From Diadema antillarum (lineage: Eukaryota), in contig NW_027270903.1 of the NCBI RefSeq assembly GCF_040938485.1, forward strand, positions 7,006,001 to 7,070,000: DNA of 64,000 nt, written 5' to 3'. The notes below the pieces were generated by a model, which was given only the letters and a program-made list of their open reading frames with translations, was not told the DNA's origin and did not search any database. Positions 50,513 through 63,071 of this stretch are shown here, piece by piece. Made by a program: the position numbers and the translations under genes. Positions within the stretch are counted from its first letter, which is position 1. Each line of letters starts with the position of its first letter.

Positions 50513-51256
50513 ACTGGCTCCTTGACAGCTTTAGCTTGAAGAGTTTGTAGAACATACTGAGACAGTGTAAGTTATGAGGCCTAAGGGGTTCCTTGTTATA
50601 AGGAGGTTGCCCACATCCTGATTCTACCACTAACAGGGGCGGATCCAGGGAGGTCCGCAACCGGCGCACGCCCCCCTTTTTTTGTTGAAACAAAAATAAA
50701 AAGAAAAAAATGGGGGGAGGGGTGCGTGCGCCCCCCCCCCCTCTTTAATTTTGTAAACACGCCCCCTCTTTACGGAATTCCTGGACCCGCCCCTGCACTA
50801 ATACCTTCTTACCAGCCAAAACACACACAAAAAAACAACAACAATACAAACAAAAGCATGATCTCATTTCAGAAAAAAAAAAAAAGTGTTTTGACAGCAA
50901 TTCTTGCTGGAATGGCAACTTCTTGTAGCAACAGCCAATCAGGAAGCAAAATTCTTGCCATTACCATAATGCTTACCACTGTTGCAGGAGTTGCTATTAT
51001 AGCAACTTTTAATGAAATGGTGCCCAGATAAATCGAAATCTACTGTATAACTAGAAATTTCTGCGTGTATGAAACTTTCTAAAATTTCGCAAGGAACCAC
51101 GATTTGCACATGAAAGGTTTCGTCTACACAAGGCATTGAATGCCAGTGTCAATTTGCAAAAGTTTAATGCTGCGAAAAAAAAGGCCCTCAGCTCCAATTT
51201 GGGAAAATTTCATGGAGAAAATATTTCTGGTTTCACAGTAAATGTCGTGAGGTTAC

Positions 51257-51462
51257 CTGAAGCAGGGGGAGAGATGGACCGACATCGTCTTGTGCCTCTT
51301 CTCAAATCGGTTGTACTTCTTGATGTAGTGCAGGTAGTCACGGCGAATCACGATCGTCCTCTGCATCTTCATCTTGGTGATGACCCCCGACAGGATTCGG
51401 CCACGGATGTGGACGTTGCCGGTGAAGGGACACTTCTTGTCGATGTAGTGACCATCCCGAGC
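51257..51462 (-). CDS. RPS11: RPS11 exon 3
   Basis: [69 protein letters not shown]; ctag| and AG|gtaacc. Confidence 0.97.
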
Positions 51463-51787
51463 CTAGGGCACAAACACAGATCATTGACCTTTGACTCACA
51501 CTGGAGTTTACACACTTGATTTTTGATGTGGGAGGTAAATTGCAAACAATATTTCATTTCCAATTGTACATGAAAGCGCCATACCTGAGCTATTAGTGCA
51601 AGCTCAACACAAACAAACACTAGACAAATATGCACACAAACACACTCGAGCTGCCTGAAGGTGTTAACGTTTTGCTTCCCAAAGGGTCACATATTCTGAA
51701 TGGAGACCACATCACAAACACACGTACTACTACTGGTACTCACACATGCAAACATACAGGACCACACACTCAAATTGCACTTTTGCA

Positions 51788-51876
51788 GGCCGCATCAGTC
51801 TAGTGCTTTGAAGCAGTGTCAACATCCCGTTGCCGGGTGATATGAAGACCATCGTGAGAAAACATCATCTGCAGCC
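51788..51876 (-). ncRNA. SNORD35: C/D box snoRNA, U35/SNORD35-type (guide for 28S rRNA 2'-O-methylation), in RPS11 intron 2
   Basis: Minus strand: terminal stem GGCTGCA/TGCGGCC, C box ATGATGT, guide TCTCACGATGGTCT (complementary to conserved LSU rRNA AGACCGUCGUGAGA), D box CTGA. Confidence 0.9.
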
Positions 51877-52640
51877 ACACTTTGGTTTCACTATTGTTGG
51901 CAAACTTGTTGCCTTCTAGTGAAAAGTGTTGGTAACTTTGCTGTAAAACACTGCATAAGTTTCTCTTCTAAATGCATGCATTCATCAGAAGCAGAGAAGC
52001 TTTGGAAGCTTTATGGAGTTCATGGCACTGCAGTTCCAACAGACATTTGTAAATCTTGGTTGAAATCTCTTGGAGCCTGGGTTCCAAAACTTTCCTTGGT
52101 AAATATTCGTAGAAACTCTAGCCATGATAAACCAGCTTAAATTTCACTGTACCTTTATAACAAGGGTTGTTCAAAACAAGTAGATGCTTTACTGACACCT
52201 CCCCAACATAGCAAGAAGTATGTAGCTGGATTCCACATATTGAAATCTAGTCAGTAGAGGCATGTAACACCGTGCTTTATGGTAGGTTTTCAGAGTGCTC
52301 ACAAAATTTCACTGGTAACCCTCAATACTTCCGAGTCCAGAGTGATTTGAAGGTTTGTTCTCCTATGATCATATCACAGCTAGCGACCTCTTAAAATATT
52401 TGGCACAGGGTGGTTAATTGCAAAGCAATAAACATCATCTTGTAGGTTTCTTCTTTTTTCGCGACTGAATTTTCTATTTCAGTAACTCATTTCTAATTTG
52501 TTTTATCAATTAATACTTAGTCAAGGTCCCATTATGCAAAAAGTAATGTTTTGCCTCATAAAATGTCAGCTAGTCACAGCTATGCTTCTTAGCCTGAACC
52601 AAAAGACTCTCTGGTCTGAGAGGGGCAAGCCACTACTCAC

Positions 52641-52763
52641 CTCAGCTGGGGTCTTGAACCCTAGACCAACATTGCGAACGAGGCGCTGAGCCTTCTTGTT
52701 GGACGCCAACAGTCGCTTGTTGTTCTGGAACACAGTTGGCTGCTTCTGATAAGCCCTCTCCGA
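52641..52763 (-). CDS. RPS11: RPS11 exon 2
   Basis: [41 protein letters not shown]; ctag| and |gtgagt. Confidence 0.96.
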
Positions 52764-52943
52764 CTAGAAGTTAAGAGGGAGACGAAAAGAAAAATAGATA
52801 TAGAAAAACGCTTCTGAAAAACAGTACAAAATGCTAAAGTTGAGAATCCAGATCAACAATGTAGACAGAAGGGGGGGGGGGTGGCAGAATCTCACTTTGT
52901 AGTACTGTTAATCTGATTCACAGAAACTCTTGCAAAATCACGA

Positions 52944-53036
52944 GTTTGCATCAGTGGAGTGCTAAACAGCATTGTCAGCATCCATTCCTCAAGGAGGGAA
53001 TATGAAGACCATCGTGAGAAAACATCACTTGCAAAC
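52944..53036 (-). ncRNA. SNORD35: Second U35/SNORD35-type C/D snoRNA, in RPS11 intron 1
   Basis: Perfect terminal stem GTTTGCA/TGCAAAC, C box GTGATGT, identical guide TTTTCTCACGATGGTCTTCATA, D box CTGA. Confidence 0.9.
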
Positions 53037-54508
53037 CCTAGATCAGTTTTATTGGTTCATTTTGATTTATTGGGTAGCTCCTCATTTACATCATTCATTA
53101 ATGTTACCGGTACCGTACTAAGTTTGTTTGTTAAAGGACAAGTTCACCTTCATAGACATGTGGGTTGAGTGAATGCAACAATATTTAAGTAGAACACATC
53201 AGTGGGAGTTTGAGCAAAATCGGACAATCCGTTCAAAAGTTAGGAATTTTTGAAGTTTCTGCTCAGTCACGGCTGGATGAAAAGACTACTATAGCTTGTG
53301 ATGTCACATGAGTACAACGATATAAAGAAAGAATAAAGAAAATTCAACATATTTCCATTTTTCTCACATAACAAAAGAACACTCGACTTCTCTCTTTCAG
53401 AAGGCAGGGGGAATAATATAACCCTTAACATACATCAGTAGCAAGTCGAAGAAATATGCACTTTATTCAAAAAATAAAGTTTTATGAAATTCTCTTTTTA
53501 TTTTCCTTGTATAGTTGTACGCAGGTGACATCATACACTGTAGTAGTCTTCCTTTCCAGCAGTGACTGCGCAGATACTTAAAATATTCGTAACTTTTGAA
53601 CGGATTGTTCAATTTTCCTCAAACTTTTACTGATGTGTTCTGCTTATATTGCTGCATTCTCTCAATTCTTATGTATATGAAGGTGGACTTGTCCTTTAAT
53701 GTCTTTTAATCTTTATCATACAGCCATAATTCTCACATTGTCGCACAGAGTTTGCTGGTTCATTATTTTTGCTACTTATAAGATAGTTGATGATGATAAT
53801 GATGATGGTGATGAAACAGCATTTACGTAGCATAATTCATCTGTAGAAACATCAAAGGCACCTGGGCCCCGTTTCATAAAAAGATGCTATACTAGCAACT
53901 CTTGCTGGAATGGCAATTGTCATGGTAATGACAAGAATCCAGCTTCCTGATTGGCTGTTGCTATGGGAAGTTGCCATTCCAGCAAGAGTTGCCATCCTAA
54001 CATCTTAAGTTTTATGAAATGGGACCCACAATGTGTCACCCATCATTCAGTTGCAGGGCCACACAGAGCTGCCAATGCTATCTCACAAGTTAATCATCAG
54101 TGCCAGAGTAGCTCAGACTCACATTTCACCCAATTCTGACTGTCAAAATCTGTGATAAACACATTTTCACGCTGAACACAATATAAAATCATAATTATGG
54201 ACAATTTCAAAGAAGTCTCCAAAATATATCAAACATTCTTGACACTCGAGCTTCTAACGGTTAGACAATGCTAGAACTAAGAGACAAGCCCAGAAGTTTC
54301 AAGATTTTCCAAATTCCAGTAGGCACACTCCCGATTTTATGTGCACATGTTACTTGTTAGTACAATGTTGATATATCAATCAGATCTATGAGTCCTATGA
54401 CTCATACACACCACCTGGATTACACCATTTAGATCAGTGGCTACGTTTAAATAGAGAATAAAGATTGTTCTTTACAACTAAAATTGGGAACAATGACGAT
54501 ACCAATAC

Positions 54509-54809
54509 CAGAGACTCCAACCCCAAGCACCTTCTGATCTGGAGATTCTCCCGCCCGAAACCCCTAGCAAACGGGAGACTCCAAGTTGATGTGTGCGAAG
54601 CGCGAAGTTCCTAGGATTCTAGATGTTCTCTGGTGCTATCTAAGGCTATTTTTTCAACATACGATAGAAATAAGTAAGAAATCCTTTCCACCGGGAGACA
54701 CAGAGCCAGGGCGGGAGAAATCAAATCTCAAACGGGAGAACGGGAGATTGTGCAAAAATGGGCTTTCGGCGGGAGACTCCCGTCGAAAACGGGAGAGTTG
54801 GAGTCTCTG
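54509..54809. mobile_element. MITE with CAG...CTG termini and apparent 6-bp TSD
   Basis: caatac|cagagactccaac ... gttggagtctctg|caatac; internal cgggaga repeats. Confidence 0.65.
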
Positions 54810-55598
54810 CAATACTCATCAATAGCAATGGCCAATGCCATGCCCCTTCCCCCTCCCATCACCCTGCAGTGTAGTGTCTTATCCAAACTCTCACTGTATG
54901 TAGCACGTACCGTCGGCGTCACTCGGCAGTTGTCTGCCTGCAAGTCAAGGACAGCAGCATGCGAGCCAAGGTAGCACAAGGTACCCCACACGACAGGCAG
55001 GGCGCTCTACACAGGCCACACCGTCCACCACAGCACTGCACAGGCACACACACTCACACCAAGGAGGTATGAATGATCCTCCTTGCTCACACTCACACAC
55101 ACGTACACACACTACACACACACAGCTAGCTAGCTCACATTACTCGTTGCAATCGACAATCGCAGTCACGCGCGCTATAAGACACAGCGACTGCCGTAAT
55201 TCATATTAATAATCCGTAATACAAATTGGAATTCAATGAGCCTTTTAGACTGAAAAGAAAGTAAATATGAGACCAAAAGAGGAGCATGTCAATTTCACGA
55301 AGTCCTCGTGCATATGCCCGTAGGTTTTCGGACGGAAATACCAATCTGTTTTATGTTCATAGCCTCTCGTGGAATTCGGCGACCGTACGGTCAGTCCCGC
55401 TGCTTTTCCAAGCGAACGGTGTCTCTTGTGAAAAAGGAGTGATATTTTACACTACGGAAACTACACTTATAGGACAAAGAATCGACTCTAAATGTTGGCA
55501 TAGTTATCATATTAGTTTGATCAATGACTATGTTTTCGATAGGGAGAGTGGATTTGCAGAATTATTGAAAAATTTTCATGCATGCTCGTCAAACACAC

Positions 55599-55610
55599 CT
55601 GATCGGCCAT
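55599..55610 (-). CDS. RPS11: RPS11 exon 1 coding part (MADQ)
   Basis: ATG GCC GAT CAG|gtgtgt; the four exons total 468 nt = 155 aa plus stop. Confidence 0.9.
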
Positions 55611-55630
55611 GTTGAAAGGTGAAAGAGAGT
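55611..55630 (-). promoter_or_regulatory. 5' terminal oligopyrimidine (TOP) leader of RPS11
   Basis: Minus strand ctctctttcacctttcaac immediately before the ATG; typical of ribosomal protein mRNAs. Confidence 0.75.
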
Positions 55631-56213
55631 GTGCGAGTGACAGAAGACCCACAATGCACTATCGATGTCCATTGAAAACTTCCGGGAAGTTTGGACGTAG
55701 ATGGCGCATAACCTCTTTGTCATTCAATCACTTTTCCTCTAAACGATGGATAAACTCAGGTACTTGACCTCACATTATGTCACACCCATGCAGATTGTAA
55801 CTTCAAACACAGACTCGATTATCTTAGCTCTATACAAAATGAAAACAGTTGTTTCTTTTTATCATTATGTAGGGCCTACTATACACTTGTTTCACTTTAG
55901 TCCCACTTACTCCAAAAATTGGCAAAGTTTTTTTTTCTCTCTCTCTTTCTTTCGTAATTATCTAATCTTGATCAGCATGCTAAAACTAAAACTAAAAAAA
56001 AAAAATGATAATAAATAAATAAATAGATAGATAAATAAACAAATGAATAAAATAAAGTTTCTTTATACACTCCCAAATAATCTGGACTCTGACAGTTTTC
56101 AATCTATGCCTATCTTGCCTAAGCATTACCATACATATGTCATATCACGTCTCATGCCTCAGGGGTAAACAGGCCTGTCAATTTTTCTCCTTTTTTTTTT
56201 ACACCTCAAAAAA

Positions 56214-56348
56214 NNNNNNNNNNNNNNNNNNNNNNNNNNNNNNNNNNNNNNNNNNNNNNNNNNNNNNNNNNNNNNNNNNNNNNNNNNNNNNNNNNNNNNN
56301 NNNNNNNNNNNNNNNNNNNNNNNNNNNNNNNNNNNNNNNNNNNNNNNN
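56214..56348. other. Assembly gap (135 N)
   Basis: Run of N. Confidence 1.
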
Positions 56349-59300
56349 GATTACGGATTTCCAACCACCAAGTCACATTTTGAGGTCTAATAATGAGAAA
56401 AATAATAACAATAACAGCAATAGTTTATCACATTGTATTATATGAAGAGTTTGTTTTGCACAAACTGATAAGTTCAAATTTGACAAATGGAGATATTTGC
56501 AATTAAAGTTAAAAAGAAATAAAGAGACTAATAACAAAATTGTTGCTTCTTTTGACCATAACTTCAAAAATGTACCTTGATAATTATAGTTACCAATATA
56601 TCATTTAAAAGGTATTATTTTGTACTTTATGACAGAGACCGTACTTCAAAATCTTATAAAATGGACTTATCATTTTTTTTTTTTTTGCGAACAAACTCTT
56701 CATATAAACCTAATATATGAAGAGTTTGTTCGCAAAAACCGATAAGTCCATTTTTGAAGATTTTGAAGTATGGTCTCTGTCATAAAGTACAAAATAATAC
56801 CTTTTAAATGATATATTGGTCACTACATAAAAGTACATTTTTGAAGTTATGGTCAAAAGAAACAAAAATTTTCTTATAATTCTCTTAGTCTCTTATCGGT
56901 TTTTGCATACAAACTCTTCATATATTGGTCACTACATATAAAGGTACATTTTTGAAGTTATGGTCAAAAGAAGCAAATACTTCATTATTATTGTCTTTAT
57001 TTTTCTTGACCTTTAATCGCAAATATCTCCATTTGGCAAATATGGACTTATCGTTTTTTGCGAACAAACTCTGGATATATTTTCTTTTTCAGAATAGGCC
57101 AAAATATCACATCTCTTCTTAGTGCACTGTATTCACAAGATGGCGTGAATCATAACTTGAAGAGTTTGTTCACAAAAACCGATAAGTACATATTTGCCAA
57201 ATGGAGATATTTGCGATCAAAGGTCAAGAGAATAATAAGAAAATGTTTGCTTCTTTTGACCATAACTTTTCATATGCTGCAATGGCAAGTGCTATGGTAA
57301 CACAAAGAATCAAGCCTCCTGATTGACCGTTAATTGCTATTGGGAAATTGTCATTCTAGCAATGTTGTTGTGTAGGCCTACTACTGTACTGTACAAGCTC
57401 TCAGGCAAAATTCTGGGCCCAGCTGACATAGTTACAAAGCTCAGGTCCTTGCATGTCGGTAGGCCTAACAGAATAGCTTTATAATCTCGCAGATGATTTT
57501 CTTTTTTTTTTAAATATAGATCCTTTCATTACAACCCTCATTCCTGTTAGTAATCTTAACTCAACAATAACTGAATGCTAATTGATACATACATTTATAG
57601 TTACTTTGATAATTTAAAAAAAAAAAATCAAAAACAAAACATCAATTGCTCTCTAACTATGGGTTTTTTGTCTGGCTTCGAAAGCTGTAAATTCAGTATT
57701 TTTCTTTCATTTATTGGCAATCGAGTGTCAGCTTCTTTCATCACACTGTCTGTGTGGCCTATAGGAAGATCTTTTTGACATTATTTTCATAAATGGCATC
57801 ATAGGAAATGATCGGAAAATACCCAAATGTTCTGTTCCCAGCTGTTTTCCCAATTATTACCTATGGTCCCTCTATGCACACTTTGATCTGGACTGTCCAA
57901 TCCTGTAATTTGTATTTATTTTAATAAATCACGGAGAGTATGTTTAGAAGCAAATGATTATTACAGTACAGAGGTAGGAATGTGCTTTGATTTATGTCAG
58001 TTGACTCCCTCTGTACAAATGTGTTTGTGAGATTGTAACTGCTGATTTATATTCTTAACAAACATGTCGGAAAAAAAGAAACCAGTGGGAGTCAAACCTG
58101 TCATCTACTGCTTTCCAGGCAGCAACATCACCACCAGGCTAGTCGATCTGCAGGCACAAACCCTTATTGGTCGAAAGGAGTCTGCGTCAAGAATACTACA
58201 CACACAACCCTGGCACTGTCCCATAGGCCCGGTCTGTGTTGTACCACGGAGGTGGACCTCCGCTGGTTGTAGCTTTTTCCAGTGTTGGGAGACTGAGGCA
58301 GCTCCAGACATGTGCCAGAGAGGGTGGTGCATGTAGTGCATGTAGTGTTGGCGCAGATTCCTTTACAATCAACAAAGGTTTGTGCCTGCAAACTACAACC
58401 CGGATATCTCTGGCTGCTGGTAGTGAGATGATGAACTTGGAACAAAGTACCCAAGATCCAAAATTCTGCCATTGTTATGTTAAATAATCCAAGGCAGACA
58501 AGGGTTATTGAATTTGTTTGAAATGTAGAACAGCAGTTACAGTATTGTACAATTTTACATGATACATTTGCAAAGAGGGAGACAATTGATAAAAATCATG
58601 GCACAAGACTATGTTTATTGTTATCATACAACATCTTACGCACACACACAATAAAGAACTACATGTACTGGTAAACTTTCACAATATCAGTCTGTAGCAA
58701 TATGATTTAATCAAATGTAATTTCACAAAATGAAGATTAACATGGACATTTTTTTGTCCAAATTCCAACAACAACTTAAAGGAACACCTTGGTTTACTGT
58801 CAGCATTATACATTGTACAGCTTTTTGAAAGAATTAAATGAAACTTCAGAAATTCATGCATTTGTACGTAGCAAGAATGAAGTCTGAGTATACATAAGAA
58901 AAAATGATCAATTTTCTTTTGCACATTCCAACAGACTTGAAAGAAAATAATGCAAGCATAACAGTTTATTTATCTGTTTACAAGCTTAACAACACTCTGA
59001 AAGAATTAAAATCAATGGTAGTAACTGGCAAGAATGATGCAATCTGCATGGATTTCAAACAAAATGAACCATTATCTGTAATTCCGACAAAGAACATATC
59101 AATGTCATGCTTCAGTACAATTATCAGAGTCATATCACTTTCAATTACATCCAGATTTTAATAACAAGAAAGTCAAAATGCTGAAACTGATAAGACATGA
59201 CTCTTTATCATGAAATTCAATGGAAATGTCTTGCAAACCTTACTATTTATTTACTTTAAAACGCCTGCATCAATTTCAGCATGAAGTCTTGTGGAATGAA

Positions 59301-59973
59301 ATAACCTGGTATGATAAATCAGATGTATATTTGTGTATGAGAACTCTTCGGTTGAAATGTGAATTTTCAGTGGATACAAAAGCTTCACTGAATAATACTA
59401 ATGAAACAGTTCCCTGTGATGAGACAGATATTATATTATGCAAACATCAATCTCTCTACAAACTGCTAAAGAATCTTGAGATTGGCAACATCAACACTAA
59501 AATGTCACTTTTCCTCATTCAAAATGACATCATTTGATTTCAGAAATGACAGTATGACTGTCAAGTTAGGAAGTAGCATGTGTGCTATTAATCAAAAGGG
59601 GGAGAATTGAGAAATATGATCTTCATTTCTTTGCATTATTTGAAAATAATAGAATTTACCATGGTATGTAGACTTGAAATACAAATTCATTACAGTAGAC
59701 TCCCGTTATAACAAAGTCCTCGAGACTGGCAGTTTTCTTTCATTATATCAAAATTTTGTTGTAACCAAACAAATAAACAATAAATACGTAGAGTAGATAA
59801 TTTTGCGGCCTGAATTTCTACTATTCCTACTATCACCAGGAATGCACCGTAACAATGACAATGTAAGGCTCGTCTGTGGGGTCTGCCATCTTCAAACATG
59901 TTTTAATACAAAAGTCCATCTGGTTGTTGGTCAAAATGATATGAGATGATTACCTGAATGGTGCAAGCCATAC

Positions 59974-60346
59974 ATTACCTCCGCCAAGGAAGGTGGAGGG
60001 TAAGTGATCATAAGCATCGGTTTGTCTGTTTGCAAAATAACTCAAAAAGTTGGGAACATATTTGAATGAAACTCGCAAGAAAAGTCAATGACACAAGGAA
60101 CAGGTGATCAAATTTTTTCCAGTGACCCAGGAATCTTTATGGATTTTTGGAGGATCTTTTGGCATATAAGGTCAATGCACAAGGGAGTTCTAGCTGCATG
60201 TTCTGAAGGTTTACATATGCGCACTAAAGCACGAGCTCTGCTGATGACGTAAACAAAAGGCTTCTATTTTGGGAAATTGCATGCATGCTTTGTGGAAATG
60301 AGTTGTTGGCTTGGTGGAGGTCTGCGCTCTCCGAGTGATTTTCTAA
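59974..60346 (+). mobile_element. Short HINE/Helentron-associated element
   Basis: attacctccgccaagg ... cttggtggaggtctgcgctctccgagtg..ttctaat: subterminal IR plus 3' hairpin. Confidence 0.65.
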
Positions 60347-60445
60347 TGGCTTCATTTTTACCCCCCAATTTTATGATTACAATTGACCCTGCCCCCCTTA
60401 CTCAACCCTTCTTTTTTCTTTTCTTTTTTTTTCTTGTTTAGGGGG

Positions 60446-60982
60446 TCAGGAATACAAGAACACTCCTTTGGATTTTCTGGGTCGTCCTGCAGGCTTCTTT
60501 CTCTTCACTGGTGGGGCTTCATCTACTTCGTCTGAATCAGAAGGTTGATGATTGTCCAGGTTGGCATGAGCACCAGGGTAGTAAGCTCTGTATTCCGCAG
60601 GGATGTTGGGGAGCCTCTTTGCAATGGACTCCTCTTTGTACCCAGGGATGGGTTTTTCCTCCAACATGGGCAGCCTGGGAGTCGCGCTGATGATATCTCC
60701 AAGTTCTGCTGTGGGCGGCAAACCTAGGAGTTCGGCCAAGATTGCCTCGCGAGTGGAGGCCACATCCGTGCAGAAGGTGTGCTCCAGTCCGCTCTCCTCC
60801 GTCACCAATGACTTGTACACCACTGCTCCTCCAGACACCTCAAAGCAGTAGTTCTCTGTGAATCCCAAAGGAAGTGGCTTCAGATGCTTCGCCAGGAAAT
60901 GTTCCCAGTCACGGAAGACTTTATTCCCAGCGTTGAAGAACTCAGCGTGCATCCCAGGTACTGAATTAAAGGCATCAACCAC
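60446..60982 (-). CDS. Sola-like transposase-derived protein, last coding exon
   Basis: tttcccag|GTG GTT GAT..; VVDAFNSV..FRDWEHFLAKHLKPLPLGFTENYCFE..IPAEYRAYYPG..KRKKPAGRPRK; stop at 60446-60448. Confidence 0.75.
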   Translation of the reverse strand: MVDAFNSVPGMHAEFFNAGNKVFRDWEHFLAKHLKPLPLGFTENYCFEVSGGAVVYKSLVTEESGLEHTFCTDVASTREAILAELLGLPPTAELGDIISATPRLPMLEEKPIPGYKEESIAKRLPNIPAEYRAYYPGAHANLDNHQPSDSDEVDEAPPVKRKKPAGRPRKSKGVFLYS

Positions 60983-61070
60983 CTGGGAAATATATGTAAA
61001 TTAGCAAAAAATTAAGAAGCATAAATATAAATGTGAAAGCAGGAAAAAGCCATAGCAACTACATTCTTAA

Positions 61071-61319
61071 CCCTATTCCCACTGGCAAAAAAAAAACCAC
61101 CAAAAAATATTTATGCATAAATTAGCATAAATTAACATAAAATACATAAATTAGAAATTGAAAAATCTAGTCTTGTAGATTACATTGGCCTCTACCTTAG
61201 TGCAAATTTTCGCGAGGATCGCGCGATCCATGACTGAGATCTGAAGGGGGGCCAGAAAGGCCCCCCCCCCCCCCACCCCCGTGGTCTCAAGTCCCTCAAA
61301 AAACCCGGTGGGATTAGGG
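61071..61319. mobile_element. piggyBac-like MITE (TTAA TSD) inside an intron of the transposase-like gene
   Basis: ttaa|ccctattcccactgg ... ccggtgggattaggg|ttaa. Confidence 0.75.
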
Positions 61320-61812
61320 TTAAACCACTTTGTGATATACACTGTACATGTATTTAACCCATTGAGGACGGACTAATTTTGCTACAACACGCTTTTCCCA
61401 ATTAGACACCTGCCAGAGTATACTCGGGACTCTTCCTCAACGGGTTAATAAATCTGGACCGCAACAGATGAAAATGACTTTGGGTGTACTCTTTACATTT
61501 TCATTACTTAGTCCTTTGTCAGAATGGACATAAAAAAATAAATTATTCAATTTTCATAAAATTCCTAACAATGTACTTCACTGAAAATAAAGTTAAAACA
61601 AGGAAACTTTTTTTTTATAACAAGCTACCTGGGACCATTAGAGTTTCTTTGATATAGCCATTTTTTGTTTGATGAGGGATTATTACAAAAGAATAATGAA
61701 GATATGAGAACTGCAAAATTGCCTCGTTATATCTTGTCAAATCCAACCTTGCCATATCGAGGCTCCACTGTCGAAAAGACTATTTTGTGAGATAATTTTC
61801 TGAAATAATCAC

Positions 61813-62327
61813 CTGATCTGGGATGAAAACATTCTTCTTGTACAATGCCCGCCGGCAGGAATCCATGGCCTGGTCTGGTTTCATGTGGCTGAGTCCAGGG
61901 AGCAGATAGAAGGTTGATACCCGATCGTACAAGAGGAGGCTCAGGAGACAGTCCAACATCAACGTACACTGAGTCTTGTTGCGTCCAGCACAATTGTCAA
62001 TAACTCTGATGACCATGGTTGGAGGGGGGACACCTGCATCCAGCAAGTTCCTCAGATATTGGCAGTGGTAGTACCAGCGCAGCGAACTCGTGGCATTGCC
62101 ATCCTTCCCTGCCGTTCTCTCGTCATAGAGCAAGACAGCGTTCTTCTTCCGGGTGACATCGCAGATGTTGAACATGTGGAGGTGCAAGTCTGAGTTGAAG
62201 TAGTTCACATTGGGAGTTGTTAGTTTATAAGATGGCAAGGGTATGGCTTGTCCGTAGTCTTCACAGAGAATGACAATCTTTCTTGCTTTCTCCGCTGTTG
62301 CTGAGGTGAAGCATTTGTGCTGGATGT
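61813..62327 (-). CDS. Sola-like transposase-derived protein, catalytic-core exon
   Basis: ctccag|AC..CAG|gtgatt; LCEDYGQ..YFNSDLHLHMFNICD..LYDERTAGKDGNATSSL..VIDNCAGRNK..LLPGLSHMKPDQ, the DNCxG(Q)NK / GHS..D pattern of Sola-type DDD transposases. Confidence 0.8.
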
Positions 62328-62984
62328 CTGGAGATGGAAGTAGTAAAATAATTGACATTAGTGAAGCAATGGCATAATTTAATATGAAGTTCACTTGTAC
62401 ATTTATTTATTTATTTATTGTAAGCAAGACATTAAAAAAAACAACAATGGCAAATTGAAGCCATAGTCCTAACATTTTCACCAAACATTGCAAAAACAGC
62501 AAGATTAAAAGAAAAATGGCTCCAAATTCATTATATCTTTATCAAGCATTGGGAAACAGCAAGATAAAAAGTAAACAAAAACCAAAAGAAAAAACTAAAA
62601 ATAAGGCAACAAATTCTAGGCCTACATCAAATGCAGCATCAGTAATGTACCTCTAGCCTGTGTCAGAATGAACCTGTCGAAGACAAGCTGATTTTGCTTT
62701 AACACGCATTTCCCATAGACACATGCCCGAGTATACTCGGGACTCGTCTTCAAAGAGATAATGATAGTAATAAATATGAACAAGGAGCTTCAAACAGACA
62801 GCCCTTGATAAGACATAACTTAGAAAATGAACATCTTCATATAAATTACTCCCTTGTAGTAAAAAATGAATGCCCACTTAATTATCACATTCAACACTTA
62901 CCATCATCTGTTTTTCATTCATGGCCTACCAAGTACGACTGTGATTTACTTAAATTACAAATTAGTCAATGGATCAACACTCAC

Positions 62985-63071
62985 TGGTATTGGGAGATGG
63001 ATGACCACAGTTTGCAGTAGAGCTGGCTTGATCGTCTTCTGTCCTGCCCTCGGCTTCAACGAGGATGAATC
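62985..63071 (-). CDS. Sola-like gene, small symmetric (phase 1-1) exon
   Basis: ctgcag|GA TTC ATC..ACC A|gtgagt; 87 nt; keeps the frame between neighbouring exons. Confidence 0.6.

Noticed and set aside
54750-55060. GC-rich ORFs in RPS11 intron 1
   Set aside because: They overlap a MITE end and lack splice or homology support; the RPS11 CDS is complete without them
56137-56445. 102-aa ORF
   Set aside because: Artefact of reading through the N gap
58064-58487. GC-richer patch with several Cys-containing ORFs on both strands
   Set aside because: No recognisable motif and no phase-compatible splice link to the transposase-like gene or RPS11; a BLASTX could still reveal a decayed TE or exon
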